NCBI GenBank assembly: GCA_943704415.1
Contig: CALSCO010001030.1
Location: forward strand, 62,001 to 117,669
Source: Parvularia atlantis
Taxonomy: Eukaryota
Direction: 5' to 3'
Length of the DNA stretch: 55,669 nucleotides
Made by a program: the position numbers and the translations under genes
The notes under the pieces: generated by a model
Database searches by the model: none
What the model was told of the DNA's origin: nothing
The model's input: only the letters and a program-made list of their open reading frames with translations
Shown: positions 1 to 14,286 of the stretch, one piece after another
How positions within the stretch are numbered: the first letter of the stretch is position 1
Layout: every line of letters begins with the position of its first letter

Positions 1-1917
1 GGCCAGCGGCTTGTCGTCTGCCGTGACGCTCGATCTGCGCGCACGCACAACGCACGCGATCGGTGATCCCTAGTCGGTTTGCCCAGGCACACGCACATCA
101 TCAAGCTCGTGGTGCAGCTGAGGGCCAGGAATCCGGCAATCAGCAGCGCGGCCTGCGCGTAGCGGCGGCGCTGGTCGTTCTTGTTGTACACCCGGAGGAA
201 GAACAGCGACGGCAGGATGTAGGCCACTGTGAAGCCCGCGGTTGCGCCCGTCATCGACACAACCTGGCCGCCGCGCGTAAGGCCGGGCGGCGCCACAGCA
301 GCACACGGCGCCGCGCGCGCACCGTCTCGACCGACGGCACCATCACGCACGTGTAGCCCGCCAGCGCGAGCACAAACAGGCTCTCGACCGCGTGCCGTGC
401 CCACTGCCGCGGCCTCAGCGTGCGCGGCTCACCTGTCCCAGCGCGGCTGCGCACCGGCGTCTTCATCACGCTGCTGTCGTGCAGACCGACGGCGCTGCGG
501 CGCACGTACAGGAACGAGTCGAGCGACTGCCCCGCGAGGCGTGCGTACGTAAGCGAGGGCCGCCAAACCCAGCCAGCGGCGCGCACCTGGCAGCACGGCA
601 GGAGCGCGAGCGGGAAGAGGAGGATGGTTGAGCACGCAAAGGCGATCTGGATCAGCGCGGTGAGGAGCGGCATGGCCGCAGCGAGCGTTGGCCAGATCGG
701 GTAGATGACCTGCGCGCCGAGCACGAAAAAGCCCGCAAAGCCAAACTGCGCGCACCCGTCTAAGCGCTCCACTCGCACGCACGCGCGCGCGCGCGGAGTC
801 GGGCGCACCAGGCTGTACATGATCGACGCGAGGTTGACGGAGCGGTACATTGTGTCCATGGTGTTGTGCAGGTTGGGCACGTCCACGCTAAGGTCAAACA
901 TGTCGCTGCGCCACACGCATCAGCCAGCGGGGGCACGCGCGGTACCGCGCACGCACAACTGGCAGGTGTACGCCTGGCAGACGATCGGCACAGCCTTCAT
1001 GACGTGGCGGAAGTCGAGGTGCGCAAACGTGAATGCCGTGCCAAACGTCAGCGCGGCCGGGTCGAGCTCGTTTGGCGGCTACGCAGGCCGCCCGAGCGTG
1101 AGGCAGCGGCGACACGAGCGGGCGCGGACGCACCTCGGCGATCAGCTTGCGCTGCCCGAGCCACACGCTGAACGAGTATGACAGCAGCGCCATGAACATG
1201 AGCACGACGAGGCCGACGTCGACGATCACGGCAGCCTCGCACGCGCGCTGCGCGAGGGGGCCGGTGAGGGCAGCTCGCACGCGCAAAGTGGCACGCACCT
1301 GCAGCTGGCGCGTGTCGCGCAGGAGCGCGAGCGGCACCAGCCCGACGATGACCGCGCCGTTGACAAGCCGGCTGAGCGGGCTGTCGGCGCCCCCGAGGTA
1401 GAGCTGCTCAAAGGCGACGAGCACCTCCTGCAGGATGAGCAAGTAGGCTGTGCGCCGGTTGAGCGTGCAGGCCCCGGCCGGCGCGGGCGCACGCACTGAC
1501 AGACGTGCCAAACTGCAGCACGGCGCTCCCGAGCTCCACGGCCATCGAGCCCGGGTAGCCGAAGAGGTAGAAGCCGAGCATCTCATAGCTGCGCGTGCCG
1601 CACTCCCTGCTCGCGAACTGGAGCATCTCGAGCGAGAACTTGGTGCCCTGCGCACGCGCACGTCACCAGCGCCGCTCGCCAACGGCCGCCCAAACGCGAC
1701 CTGGTGCGCGAGCCAGGTGCACGCGAGCCCGAGCAGCAGGCCCGTCTTGCCGTAAAAATACACGATCGACAGCAGGCTCGAGCCGACCATCGCCGCCGTC
1801 ACGAGTGCGACGCCCTGGCGCTCGAGCTGGGCGCGCACACACCAGGCGGAGCGTGAAGAGGCGCGACACGGCCTCGCGGGCATCACGCACGCTGCGCTGG
1901 TCCCGCGCGAGGTCCAT
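1..1917 (-). CDS. Amino-acid transporter (Aa_trans/SLC38-like), multi-intron, 3' end runs off the window
   Basis: Spliced MDLARDQRS|LERQGVALVTAAMVGSSLLSI..., then FGTAFTFAHLDFRHV and, near the C-terminus, VVSMTGATAGFTVAYILPSLFFL. Many hydrophobic helices; canonical GT-AG introns. Confidence 0.75.
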
Positions 1918-1949
1918 GGCCGCGGGCGGGTCACACAATCGAGCGTCGA

Positions 1950-3009
1950 ATGGGCACGCGTCTCCTGCTGCGCGGGCCGGACGCGGCGGCGTGGGTGGCG
2001 GCGCGCGGCGCGGCGGCGCAGGCGCAGCTGGACGCGGGCGCGGCGCAGACCAAGCCGATGGCGCCGTTCTGGATCGGCAAGTATAAGCGCGAGGTGCGCA
2101 TCTCTCTGTCTAGCGCATTGCATACTGAACATCGCACTGCAGGTCGCGCGCAACTGGGACCAGTTCTACCGACGCAATGAGACGCGCTTCTTCAAGGACC
2201 GCCACTGGCTGCGCACCGAGTTCCCCGAGCTCTTCGCAGCCGCAGACGCAACGGACGCCGATACGCCGCGCCGCACGCTGCTCGAGGTCGGCTGCGGCGT
2301 CGGCAACATGCTCTTCCCGCTGCTCGACGAGACGCGCGACGCGGGCCTGTTTGTCTACGCCTGCGACTTTTCGCGGCGCGCGATCGACCTCGTCAAGGCG
2401 CGCACTCCCGGCCACGGCACGACGCACGGCGGCTGACACGCGTCGCGCGCGCAAAGGCCGGCGCGGCGTACGACCCCGCGCGCTGTCTCGCCTTCGTGGC
2501 CGACATCGTCCGCGACGACCTCGCCGCAAACGTGCCGCAGCCCGTCGACCTGGCCACGATGATCTTCGTGCTCTCGGCCGTCCCGCCCGAGCACATGGGC
2601 GACGCCGTACGCACGCTCGCGAGGTGCGCCCTCGCTGCTCGCGCCGCTGCACGCTCCGTGACACCTAGCAGGAGCGTGCGCGCGGGCGGGACCGTGTTCT
2701 TCCGCGACTACGGCCTGTACGACCAGGCGCAGCTGCGCTTCCAGCCAAGCAGCCGCCTCGACGAGCGCTGCTACGTGCGCCAGGACGGCACGCTGTCGTA
2801 CTACTTCTCGCTGGGTGCGCCGCCGACGCGACCGCGCGTAGCTGCGCTCACGGCTGCGCGGGGCAGACGTCGTGCGTGACCTGTTTGACCGCGCGGGCTT
2901 TGACGTCGTCGCGCTCGAGTACACGGTGCACCAGACGACCAACGTCAAGCAGGGCGTGACGTTTGACCGCGTCTTTGTGCAGGGGCGGTTCACGCGCCGT
3001 CCTGGGTGA
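1950..3009 (+). CDS. METTL6: tRNA m3C methyltransferase (METTL6/METTL2/Trm140 family), 4 introns
   Basis: ARNWDQFYRRNETRFFKDRHWLRTEFPEL, LLEVGCGVGN (SAM motif I), YACDFS, IFVLSAV, FFRDYGLYD, YVRQDGTLSYYF. Intron 2398-2456 is GC-AG. Confidence 0.88.
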
Positions 3010-3087
3010 CCACGCGTGAACGCATGACAGAAACGAATGCACAAGATGCGGCGCACACATACGCGTGCGCGCGCGCGGTGCCACGGC

Positions 3088-6000
3088 TCACGACAGGTGG
3101 AACGAGCCCTGGCCCTCGGTCATGGCCACCAGCAGCTTGCCACGGAGCACGGCCTCGCTCGTGTACTCGGGCAGCTTGAGGTAGTTGGCGCTGCTGCTGC
3201 GTCAGCCAAGCGGCTCGCAGTCGGCGCCCGCGCACGCACCAGGTCATCGCCGACGGCAGGTAGTCGTCCGACGTCAGCGGCGGCTCGCTCACCTTGCGCA
3301 CGACCGTGAGCGGCGGGTGCAGATTGCGCAGGCCTGCCGGGCGCAGCACGTGAGCGACGCGCGTTTTGTCCGTGCAAGCGCGCACCGCCGATGGGCAGAC
3401 GCGGGCTGCCGGTGACAAACTGCAGGAACTGGCGCTGCTCGGTCGGCGTAAAGGCGGCGAGCACGTTGACCAGGTGGCGGATCGCGAGGCTCTCGGTCGA
3501 GTAGCCGTGGTCGGCGCGGATGCACTCGAGCAGGGCTGGCGCATGCGCCCGTCAGTACCCACCCCGGCGTGGCAACGCCAGCGTGCGCGCGCACTCTGCG
3601 GCTCCCACAGCTCCTCCGCGCCGTTCATCAGCGTGTCGAGCTCGGCCGGGCTGAACATGACCACGTCGTCCAGGTTGAGCACGGTCGAGAAGCCCGCACG
3701 GAGCGCGTCCATCTGCGCCGCGACGCCCTGCACCAGCATCACGTCGACCACGCGCTGCACAAACTCGTCCACATTGTCGACGGTCAAGTCCACGTCCGCG
3801 CCGCCGGCCTGCGCGCACGCAACGCGGTGAGCGCTTAAGCGTCAACCGCGCGCACACGATAAGGGCGCCGCACCTTGAGCTCAAAGTGCGCGTAGCCCGG
3901 CAGCGTGAAGTTGAAGCTCAGGCCCTCGACGCCGAGCGCGGCCAGCTGGTGCCTGCGGGCGGCCTCGTCCTGGGCGTGCGTGCAGATCGTAAGCACACGC
4001 GCTCGGTCGCCGAGGGGACCGCGTCTCCGCACCAGGCCGCTCGTCGCGAGGATGCGACGCTTCAGCTCCACCTTGTGCGCCAGGTCGTCGATCGCCTTGG
4101 CCACGGGCGGGTCGACGTCGTGCAGGTCCGTGCGCGACAGGTGCCGCTCCTGCCGCAGCAGCCAGCGGTAGAAGACGGAGCTAAACGGGATGTCGATCGT
4201 GCGGCTGTCGAGCAGCGCCTTTGCGATAAACTGGCCGAGCACGCGGAAGTGGCCCAGCACGCGCCTGCGCGAGGCCGAGGTTAGCAAAACGCGCGAGCAC
4301 AGCCCGGCACAAATGCGCACACCGGCCCGCGTCGCTCTGCAGCTCGGCGGGCGTCATCGGCCGCGGGTACAGGCCGCAGGGCGAGAACACAAGCGCGCTG
4401 TCGCCCTTGCCCGGCGCGGCGCCGTCCGAGTGCGTGTCGCGCCACAGACGCAGGTCCTTGCGGCAAAAGTCGTGCGAGACAAGCGTGTAGAACTCGAGCG
4501 TAGGGCCCTGGGCAAGCGCGGCGCGGTGCGGCGTCAGCGCGGCGAGGAGCGGTGTGTGGGAGCAGGCGCACCAGGCCGACACCGACTTCATCGTAGTACT
4601 CAATCTCGAGCACGGACCGGTTCGAGCCGTACATGTCGAGCACCTTGCTCGCATACTGCAGGATGTTGTTGCGCTGGATGCGCACCTGGGCACGCCGCCG
4701 CCTGTCAGCGGTGGGCGCGGCTGCGAGGTGCGGTGCGACGCGCCTTTTGCCGCTGCAGCCGGCCCACGCGGAACCCCTGCGACGTGTCCTCGGGCACGCC
4801 GCCAGACTGCGTCGTGCGCTCCTGCAGGCGCTGAACGGGATGTCAGCGCACAGCCCGCGGGCCGGGCCTGCACATGCGCACCATCATTGCGCGCGCAGCA
4901 CCAAACGCCGTCGACTGCATATAGAGCGCGCGGCAGTCGAACGTGAACAGGAACGGACACGTCGTCTGCAGCTGGCGGCACCAGTCGGGCAGGTTACCGC
5001 TGCGCGGCGCACACGGGGCTGCGTCAGTGTCCTCGCACTGCACAAAGTGATCCTCGTCACGCACGTGCACAGCGCGAGCGGGTCCTGCAGCTGCCGCATC
5101 AGCTTGGCCGTCAGCTTGTTGTTGACAAAGTCGAGCGGCGAGGCCGTGGCGATGGTGCCCGAGGGCGCCTGCATGTGCCGCGCGCGCGCATCAGTGCCAT
5201 GCTTGCAAGTCGGCAGTGCGCCGGCGCACCACGATGAACAGGTAGCGCCAGTGCTGGTTGATTGTGTGCAGCGCGCGCAGCAGGCACAGCGTCGGGTAGA
5301 CCGTCTCCGTGGGCGACATGACGCACGGCAGCTTGCGGTCGAGCGCCGCGACGAGCAGGTTGCTGCCGGTGCCGCCGCTCCCGCTGTCCTTGCTCCGCGT
5401 CGCGCTGCTCGTGCTCGCGCCGCCGCTGCTGCGCTCACTCGCCGTCTCGTTCTCGCCCGGGCGCTCGAGCTTGTACGTGATCGTGTGGCTCTTGACCCAT
5501 AGCAGCATCGTCCGCGTCACGTTGGCGTCGCGCGCCTCTGCCGCGGCCGCCACGCGTCAGCGCGCGCAGAAGACCAGTCAGTGCACGGCGACGTGCCAAT
5601 GTTGCTGTAGCGGTCGATCGCCTGCAGGATGGACATGTTGGGGTTGAGCGCCACGCCGTTGAGGTACAGCCGCAGGCGCGGCTTGTTCTCGGCCGCGCTG
5701 CTGGCTGCCGTAGGCACCGCCGCTGACGACGATGACGCACTGGACGCCGCGCTCGGCGCAGCTGCTGGCCCGCGGGAGGCGCGGCGATGTGCGCTGTGCT
5801 CCTTGGCAGCGTCACCTGAGGCCGGAGGGTAAGCCCGCACTACCGCCACCGTGCACGGGCCGCACCAGTCGAGGCCGACATGTCCGACGGGTTGTTGACG
5901 ACGACGTTGTGCACCTCGCTGTCGTTGCGCGTGCGAGTCGCGGCCGTTGAGCGCGAGAACAGCACACTGGCGCTCTCGCTGTCATCGTGGTGGCCCTGCG

Positions 6001-9000
6001 CGCGTCGCTTGCTCAAGACGCGTCTGCTGCAGCAAGCGGGCGCGCACCTCGTCGTCCTCGTCGCCCTCGCCCTCGTACTCGTCCTGCATCGCCTCGAGAT
6101 CCTCGAGCGAGTAGTCCTCGGCGTCCGCCTGCTCCTCCGAGTCCTTGGCCGAACCGGACGACGGCTGCTCCGCCGGCTTGTCCGCGTCCATCGCGCTCTC
6201 GTCGTTCTCGGCGCCGGGCTCGTCGCGGCCGCGGCCGCGGCGGCGCTGCGAGCGCGTGACCGGCCGCGTGGCTTCGGGTTTGGCAGCCTTCTTCGCCTCC
6301 TCGGCCGGCTTGGGCGACTGCGACGGCGACCGGCTGCCCTTGCGACCCTGGCCCGCGTTGTCAGCGGCATTGACACGGCCGGCCGCACGCACCGGTCTCG
6401 ACGGCTCGGGTGCGGCCACGGGCGGCTCGGTCGGCGGCAGGGTTTTGATGACCTTGGGCGTGAGGAACTCCTCGATCGCACGGACGGTGGCGAGCGGGTC
6501 GATCATGACCGTGTTACCTGTGCGCCGAGTGCGCGTCACACGCGTGACGGGCGCGGGGTGCCGGCTGCGCACCCGCGTAGTCCTTCAGGTACTTGACGGG
6601 GGCGTCCTCCGTCTCTCCCGAGCGCAGCTGCAGCTTGAACGGCTGCGCCAGCGCGCGCAGACCGCTCATGCCGGTGCGGCCCTCGCGTCCCGACGGCTCG
6701 TTGACGACGACGGCAAACTGCTCCTGCTTGCTGACGATCTGCGCGCGCATTGCTCAGCATCGGTCTAAGCGGGAAGAGCAGGCAGTGGCACACCTCGTTC
6801 AGCCGGCGCACGAGCGGCGCAAAGCTGGCCTGCTCGGCCGCGGCAGTCGCGAGCGCCGCGTTGTCGTCTGCCTGTCCGGGCGCGCGCAGGTGCTGCGGCA
6901 GCGGCGCGCCCATGAAAACGTGCAGAAAGAGATGCAGCCGGTCGATCAGCGGCACGGCAAACTCCTTGCCCGGGTCGGTCAGGAACTGCAGGAGGCTGCA
7001 GCGGGCGGTCGCGTGTCAGCGCAGGCACACAGCGGCACACGAGCGCACGCTAACCGGTCTACAAGGCCGCTGTTGAACAGCTCGAACGACGACACGCCCT
7101 CGCTGTTGACGGGCGACAGCAGCGCCGCGAGGTCGCGCAGGATCGAGAGGTCGTCCAGGACGCCGTTGGCGTGCGCGAGAAGCTCGCTGCCGTAGCTGGC
7201 AATCTTGTCCGCGACCGAGTTGAGCGCGTTCTCCTTGGCGTGCGTGGCGAGCGACGCGCGCAGCTGCTGCGCCTGCGTCCCGATCCACAGCCGCACTTCC
7301 TCGTCCACTGGTGCACGCAGATGGTCGTCAGCCGCGCGTGAACGCCGGCGACATGGCGGGCCCGCGCACCCTCCGAGGACGGCGACGGGGTGCCGGCGCC
7401 GCGGATCGGCGTCAGCGTGTCGCCACTACCACCGCCGCCGGTTGCTGCGCTGTGGCGGTCGCGCGCGCGCCGCAGCAGGTCCGACAGCCTGGCCAGGCGC
7501 AAGGGCGAGCGCTGGTGAGCACGTGCACACGGCACGAGACACGCACACACGCACGTTCGCGCGGGCGAGTCGTCGGTCGTGGGCGAGGTGGCCGCGGCGA
7601 CGTTGGTGGCGCTCGACGAGGCCGACGCGATCCCGGACGTCGCGTGCTCTAGCGAGGCCACGGCCGCCGGCGCGCTGGCGAGGCGGTCGAGCTCGTGCAG
7701 CACGCCTGCACGCGAGCGGTGAGCAAAAGTCGCGTAGCACAGGCGTCGCCGTGCCTTCGCGCGCAAAGTAGCCCAAGAAGATCGCCGGCAGCTTGTCCGA
7801 GCACAGGTGCACGAGTTGCAGCGCACCAACGACGAGGGCGAGGTCGCGCGTGGCGAGCCTGGGCACGGTTGAGCACCGTGCTCGCGCGCGGTGCGTGGTG
7901 ACGCACACGCCCGCGAGGAACGACGAGAACGGGATGTCGCGCATGGTCTCGGTGAGCGCCTCGGGCGCCGAAAAGAAGACGATCTTGAGCAGCGTGCAGA
8001 CACACTGCTGGCGCACGCGCGGACTGACCGTGGTCGAGTACACGTCGAGCAGCTGCGGCAAGTGGGGGCGGCCGCGCTCAGACCCCCCGCGACGCTGTGC
8101 AACCGCCTCACCGTGCCCAGCAGCCGGTCGCCCATGCGAACCATCTGCTCGGGGTGCGCGGCCAGGAACGGCAGGCGCGTGTCGGCGCGCTTGCGCATGC
8201 TCTGCTGCCGCTCACTCTGGCGCTCGCTTTGCTGCCGCTCATCGCCGGCGTCGTTCTTGGCTTTGTACACTGGGCGAGCGCGCGCGACCGGGTATCAGCT
8301 CGCGCCGATGATTGCCAGCATGTCGTGTGCGCGGGCGCACTCTGCAGCGGCAGACGCGAGCTCTGAATGCCCATTGCGTTGGACGACGACATGGGGACAT
8401 GCGACGCGATCTAGTGACGGCCCGGTCAGTGCAACCACGACGGCGGCGCGCCCGCGTACCTGGATCGAGAAGATGCCCTCGCGCGGCAGGTCCGGCAGCG
8501 TGGCGCAGGTCAGCGCCAACAGCTCAAACAGCTGCTCGCTCGGGCGAGCGATCGTGCTCGGCGACGCGCCGGTGATCACGTCGGACGACGACGGCTGGCG
8601 GTTGACGGCGGTGTCGGGCGCGATGCCGGCGAGGGCGTCGTGCAAGACTGCGCGGGGGTGGCGGTGAGCTTCCATACGCCAGGGAGCTCGAGAGCACGCG
8701 CGCACCGCCAGCAACGTCGACCTCGAGCAGCTCGATGGCGAGCGAGGGACACCCGTTGCAGAGCATGGTCAGCGCGCGCACGGCCATGGTGTACGTGGGC
8801 CCGCCGAGCGTGAGGCCACCGGGCGTGATGAGGTCGAGCTGGGGCGGCGCGTGGTGAGCGCTGCTGCTGTTGCGCCATCGCATCACCGTGCACCATGTTC
8901 TTTGTCAGGCCGTGCGCCGACAGCTGCAGCAGGATGTCGGTGCTCATGTAGAAGTTGTCGATGAGCCTGCGCACGCCCGCACAAGCGTGAGTGCCTCGTC

Positions 9001-11057
9001 CATGCGGTCGGCCCCACGCACCGCGCAAAGCACAGCACGGCCTTGTCGACGACCTTAAGGTCCGAGTACTTGAGCAGGCCGGTAAGCGTCGGCAGCGAGT
9101 CGGACACGTTTGCAAACAGGTCGCGCGGCACCCGCTGACGCCAAGCTTATCCCGTCAGCGTCGCACTCGCGGCCGTCGGGCGCGCACACGCCGCACCCGG
9201 CACAGATTGGACGCCGTCGTCACGGCCGACCGCTGCACGGCGGACGAGAAAAAGTCGAGGTACGACAGCACGGCCGAGAGCCCTAATTGCCGGCAGCCGC
9301 GTGTCAGTAACGGCACGGCGCGGCAGGCACGGTCGCAGCGTGAACGTACCGCCGGCCTTGAGGATGGGCACCGAGTACTCGATCGACAGCTTCTCAAGCG
9401 TCGTCAGGCACTGCTCGGCCAGGTCGATGTACTCGATCGAGAGCAGCTTGGAGATGATCACGGGCACGACGCCGCTCTCGACGATGACGTGCCCCGTGCC
9501 GGGCAGCGCTGCGAGGACGGGGCACGGTTTAGGTGCTTAGCCCCTTCGCGCGCCGCGCGGCGCACCTTCGACCATGTTGGCAAAGCAGCGGCACGCGAGG
9601 ATCATGATCTCGGGGTTGAAGTCCATGCGCAGAAGCTCCAACAGCTGCGCGGCGCGCGTCGTCAGCCCTTGCGCGCGCTCCATCATGCTGTACGCACCGG
9701 CGGGACAAAGTCCTGCGCGCTGAAGCCGCCTAGCGTCTCCTCTGTGCCGATCGACAGCGTCTCGCACAGCTCCTGCACGCTCATGAACTGGCGGTCGATG
9801 GCTAGCGCGGCATCGTAAGCGTCCGGTGCCATCACGGCCCACTCGAGCGCACGCACCGCCCATGGCCGAGATGCCCGCGAGCATGCCGCGGTACCGGCTG
9901 CTGCTCGCTGGGCCGCCCGAACCGCCGCTGCCCGAGCCGCCGCCGCTGCCGGCCTGCATCATTGACTCGAGGCCGGCGCCGAGCTTGCGCAGAAGGCCCT
10001 GATGCGCGCCGCAAGCGTTGTCAGCAGCCGCGCGGCGCGCTGCAGCGCAACGATGCGACCTGGAACGCGCGCGTGTTCATCGCTGACGGCTCCGACTCGT
10101 TCTCGTCGCTGCCGCCCGGCTCATTGCTGTTGCTGTTGCTGTTGCCGCTGCTGTCGCTGCGGTCGCCGCGGCTGTTGACGTGGGCGCGCGGTCAGGCCGA
10201 CAGAGAGAGCGAGGGCAAGCGTGCCTGGCCATCGTGCTGGGCGCGGTGGGTGCACTGGCGATGTCCCTGCGACGCAAGGCGTCAGATCAAGAGCGTGCGA
10301 TTGAGCGAGCGACAGGTGGCGCACGACGAGGGCTCGAGGCGTCGACGGGCGCGCTTGACGGCCGGCTCGGTCGACGGCGACGAGGGCGCGCTGAGCTCGC
10401 TGTTCGCGCGCTTGGTGCGGCTGCCGCGGTGGCCGGGGCTGAAGGCTGGCGGTGTGACGTCGACCTCGCGGCTGAGCGCACCGCGTGTGTGTCGTTGGCG
10501 GGCACGGCCACGGCCACGACCGCGCACCGGGCGCACAGCGCGCACCGGAGACGCTGCGAGGCGCGGCGCGGGCTGAGCTCGACGAGGGCGGTGCTGCTGG
10601 TCGCCGCTGCTGCAGCGTACGCGGTGCCGCTGTGGGCGCGCCCGGTGCCGTTCACGTCACCGGCGGCATCGGCGGGCGAGCGACACGCGACGCACCGGCG
10701 CGTGCGCGAGGCGGCGAAGGGCGACGCGGGCGGCGACGACGCGGCTGACGAGGCGGGCGACGATGCCGCTGCTGCTGCTGTTGTTGCTGCTCCTGCTGCT
10801 GCTGCTGCTGCTGCTGCTGTGCCCGGTGACGCGGCGGCAGCGGGGGAAGCGAGGCCGCTGCGGCCGCGGCGGCGCGGGCTGGCGGCGGGGCTGCTGCTGG
10901 TGCTGCTGCCACCTCCTGCGACGGCGGCGGCGGCGGGGGCGCTGCGGCGGCGGGTGAAGCGCGGCGGGCTGATGAGGTCGCTGGCGGCGAGACGCGGGGC
11001 GTCGGCGGCAGCGGCGGCGGCGTCGGTGTTCGGGCTGCCGGCGGCACCACGCTTCAT
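3088..11057 (-). CDS. TRIP12: ARM-HECT E3 ubiquitin ligase (TRIP12/Ufd4/UPL3 family), about 30 introns; no WWE domain seen
   Basis: [102 protein letters not shown]-terminus QGSFHLS*. The start codon in the low-complexity N-terminus is less certain. Confidence 0.93.
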
Positions 11058-11242
11058 TCGGCCCGTCCGGCGCGGCGCGGGCAGCGGGGGGGCGTGCGGC
11101 GGCGGGCGCGCGCGCGTGGGTGGGCAGCAGGCGGCGGGGGTGGCGAGCTGGGGGTCGCGCTCGCTGGCTGCTGGCACGACTCTGAGCGCGATTGCAAGTC
11201 GGCATACAGCTGTCCGTACGTTGCCTGACACACACCCCTCCG

Positions 11243-14200
11243 TCACTCCGGGCGCGTGAAGAGCCGCTTGATCGTCGACTCAAAGTACAGCGGGACGCCC
11301 GTCGCACCCGCTGTGCCGCGCGCAGAGTGAGCCGATGCGCGCACAGCAGGGCCGGGTGGCTGGGCGGCGTACGCGCGTGCGTGACCGTGTGGAAGTAGTG
11401 CCGGTAGATGTCGCCGTCGAAGCGGCCGAGCGGCGAGCCGACGACAAAGTCGGTGTAGTTGAACGCGTCCGTGAGCGGCACGCAGTCGTTGCGCACGAGC
11501 TTGCACATCTCAAACACCTGCCGCCGTTGTCAGCCGCCCGCCGTCAGCCTGCCCACCCCAGACCGCACCTCCTGGCGGACGAGGTCAAACTGCGCCGGCG
11601 ACAGCACCGTGTACTGCAGCGCAAACGTGCCCAGGCGCTCCTGGATCGTGTACAGCGCGTACAGCAGACAGACCTGCGCAGCGGTGAGGTGAGGGGCGCG
11701 CGGGAGGCACGCGGGAGGCGCACCTGCGTCAGCGACTTGACGACGGCCGGGTGCGCCACACTGATCGCGTCGACAAAGCGCCGCAGGAGGATGCTGTAGC
11801 AGTGCGCGCGTGCGCACGCCAGCAAGCTCACGGCTGCGTGGGCGTGCGTGTGAGCGCAGCCCGGTCACCACGCGGACAGGTGAACGCGCACCGCCCTCCT
11901 CGTACGCGACCTCGGCCTCGACGCCGCGCGCCACCAGCCGCTCAAACTGCTCGCCGGCGGCGTTGGCCAGCTGCGCGCAGACGATGTCAAAGATCTCGAC
12001 GAGGTTCCTGAGGTTGAGCAGGCTCTGGCGGGGCAGGGTCAGCGCACGAGCAAACACGCGGCGCGGCGGCGCACCTCGCGGTCGGTCACGCCGCTGTGGC
12101 GGCCTTTGAGCGCGTTGACCATGTTAAGGTAGCCGACGACGGGCGGCTGCGTGATGCCGCGCTTGGCCTCGCGGTAGCAATTGATCAGGAAGCGGCCGTT
12201 CTGGAGCATCATGATCGTGTTGTCGCCCTGCACCACACGCGCACGCGCCTCCTCAGCACCGGGAGACGCAGGTAGCGTGCGTGCGCACCTCCCACGAGCA
12301 CTGCACGGCAAAGTCCGCGTAGAGCGACGCCAGCCCCGCGTAGCTGGAGTAGCCGTGGCCGCCGAGCGCCTGGCGGCACTGCTCGATCAGGTCGAGCGTG
12401 CTCCAGCTGCACGGATCGCCGCTGTGTGAGCCGGGCTGCCGGCCCGCACACGTGTGCGCACGGTACGCACGTCGAGAACGCCTTGAGCCCGGCCGAGGTT
12501 GCGTGCACGGCCTTGAGCTCGTTGACGATGTCCTTGCTGTCGGGGTCGTCCGGGCCGGCGGTCTGCGGTGGCGTCACTGTGCACGCCCACACACACACGC
12601 CAGCGGTCACGCACGTCCAGCCGCTCCATCAGCGCGAGGTACTGCTTGTTGGTCTCCATGCCGCCAAAGTGCATCGCGTAGGTGAGCGCGAGCAGCGGCA
12701 TGAGGCGGTACTGGTGCGAGGCGTAGTTGATGATCTGCGGAGTACGTGTGAGCACGCGCACGCGCGCACCAGCCGCGACGCGCCGCACCTGCTTCTCCGG
12801 CTCGCCCTCCTTGAACGCGAACTGGCGGCGCACGCAGCCGTAGCGCACGGCGATCGTGAGTGCGAGTTTGGCAATGTTGGCCGAGTCCATCACCTGCGCA
12901 CTCGTGTCAGCACCACGTCATGCGAACGGCCACCCGCACCATTTGCACGCGGCCGCCGATCAGCGCGCCGTACGCGAGCTGCTGCAGTTTGGGCTGGTGC
13001 ACGGTGCCGTCCGCGCCGACCTGCGTGTGGCGCGAGAGCATCCACTCGCGGTTGATGCGCACGTAAGTGAACTGGATCCAGCCGTTGTCGATACCTGCGC
13101 GCACCGTGAGCTCGCCCCGCTGCTGCGCGCAAGCACGCGCACCGTGCCGGCCCATCTTGGCGCCGCAGTCGCCTATGGTGATGCCCGGGCGCAGGCTGTA
13201 ATCGCTCGGGTTGCGCAGCTGGACGATGAACGGCTTGACGCCGTACTTCTTGCCGTCGACGATCAGCTGTGCAAACACGACGCTGCCGATCACGGGTCAG
13301 TGCATAGACGGCGCGGGCGTGCACGTCACACGCACGCATGCGTCGCGCTGTGCGCCGCGCCACCGATCCACCTACACGCACGCGTGAGCACTTCGCGCAG
13401 CCGCACCAGGCCGCACGCGCGCACCACTTGGTCGCGGTGAGCGTGGGCGTGTGGATCACAAACTCGTCCGAGCGCGGGTCAAACGTGGCGGTCGTCTCGA
13501 GGCCGGCGACGTTGGAGCCGTGGCTGCGTTGCACAGTGGTGGCGCTGCGTCAGCCGTGCTGCGCCACAAGCACGCGCGCCCCGCCGCTGCCGCACCCGAG
13601 CTCGGTCATCGCAAAGCAGCCGTACATGCCCTTGAGGCTGAACATGCCCATCTCGACCAGCTTGCCCATCTGCTCGCTCGAGGCCTGCGAGCGCACCGTG
13701 CCGAAGAACAGGCCAAACTGCGAACACAGGCAGACTGAGTGCCCGCACACGCGTCAGCCAAAGCGGACCGTACATGCACGCCGATGCGCGTCATGAAGCC
13801 CGGGTCGACGAGGCTGAGCACGTCGAAGCGCACGCGCGAGATCGCCTCGCCGTCCGAGAGGATGTGCGGGATGAGGCCGGCGACCTGCGCTCCGCGCTGA
13901 GCTGCAGCATACCGCCGCTGCCGTCTTATTTCACACACCTTGGCCATCGTGCGCTCGCGGGCCTGCGGCCGCGTCAGGTCGTGCCGATCCTCGTTGTTGA
14001 AGACAGGGTCGCGCTCGATCTCGAGCATGATCTTCTCCTTGACCTGCGTGTGCCGTCAGCGCGCAGCCCGCTGACCGCTGGCCGCGCGCACCGCCGTCCA
14101 CTCGGCGCCGCCGTCGAGCAGGTGCGTGAGCTCGCGCACGGGGAACGACGCGCGCGCGCGCTCCTCGGCCAGCGCGACGCCCGGGCTCGGCGCGGGCGCA

Positions 14201-14286
14201 AAGCACGGTGCGGGTGCGACGCCCACCGCAACGTGTGCGGCCAGGCGCGCGACCCGTGCGCTCGCGGACGGTCCATTCACGGTCAT
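11243..14286 (-). CDS. ACOX: Peroxisomal acyl-CoA oxidase, about 17 introns
   Basis: [68 protein letters not shown] (catalytic Glu), [27 protein letters not shown]-terminal PTS2-like RVARLAAHV. Confidence 0.95.

Noticed and set aside
1790..1890. Apparent non-AG 3' splice site in the first intron of the transporter
   Set aside because: An earlier donor (AGC|GTGCGT) with acceptor CCCAG|CTC gives a canonical GT-AG intron and a sensible protein.
11243..12060. Possible separate gene with an 'LLYALY' motif (SNAPC1-like)
   Set aside because: It splices in frame onto the acyl-CoA oxidase and carries its C-terminal motifs.
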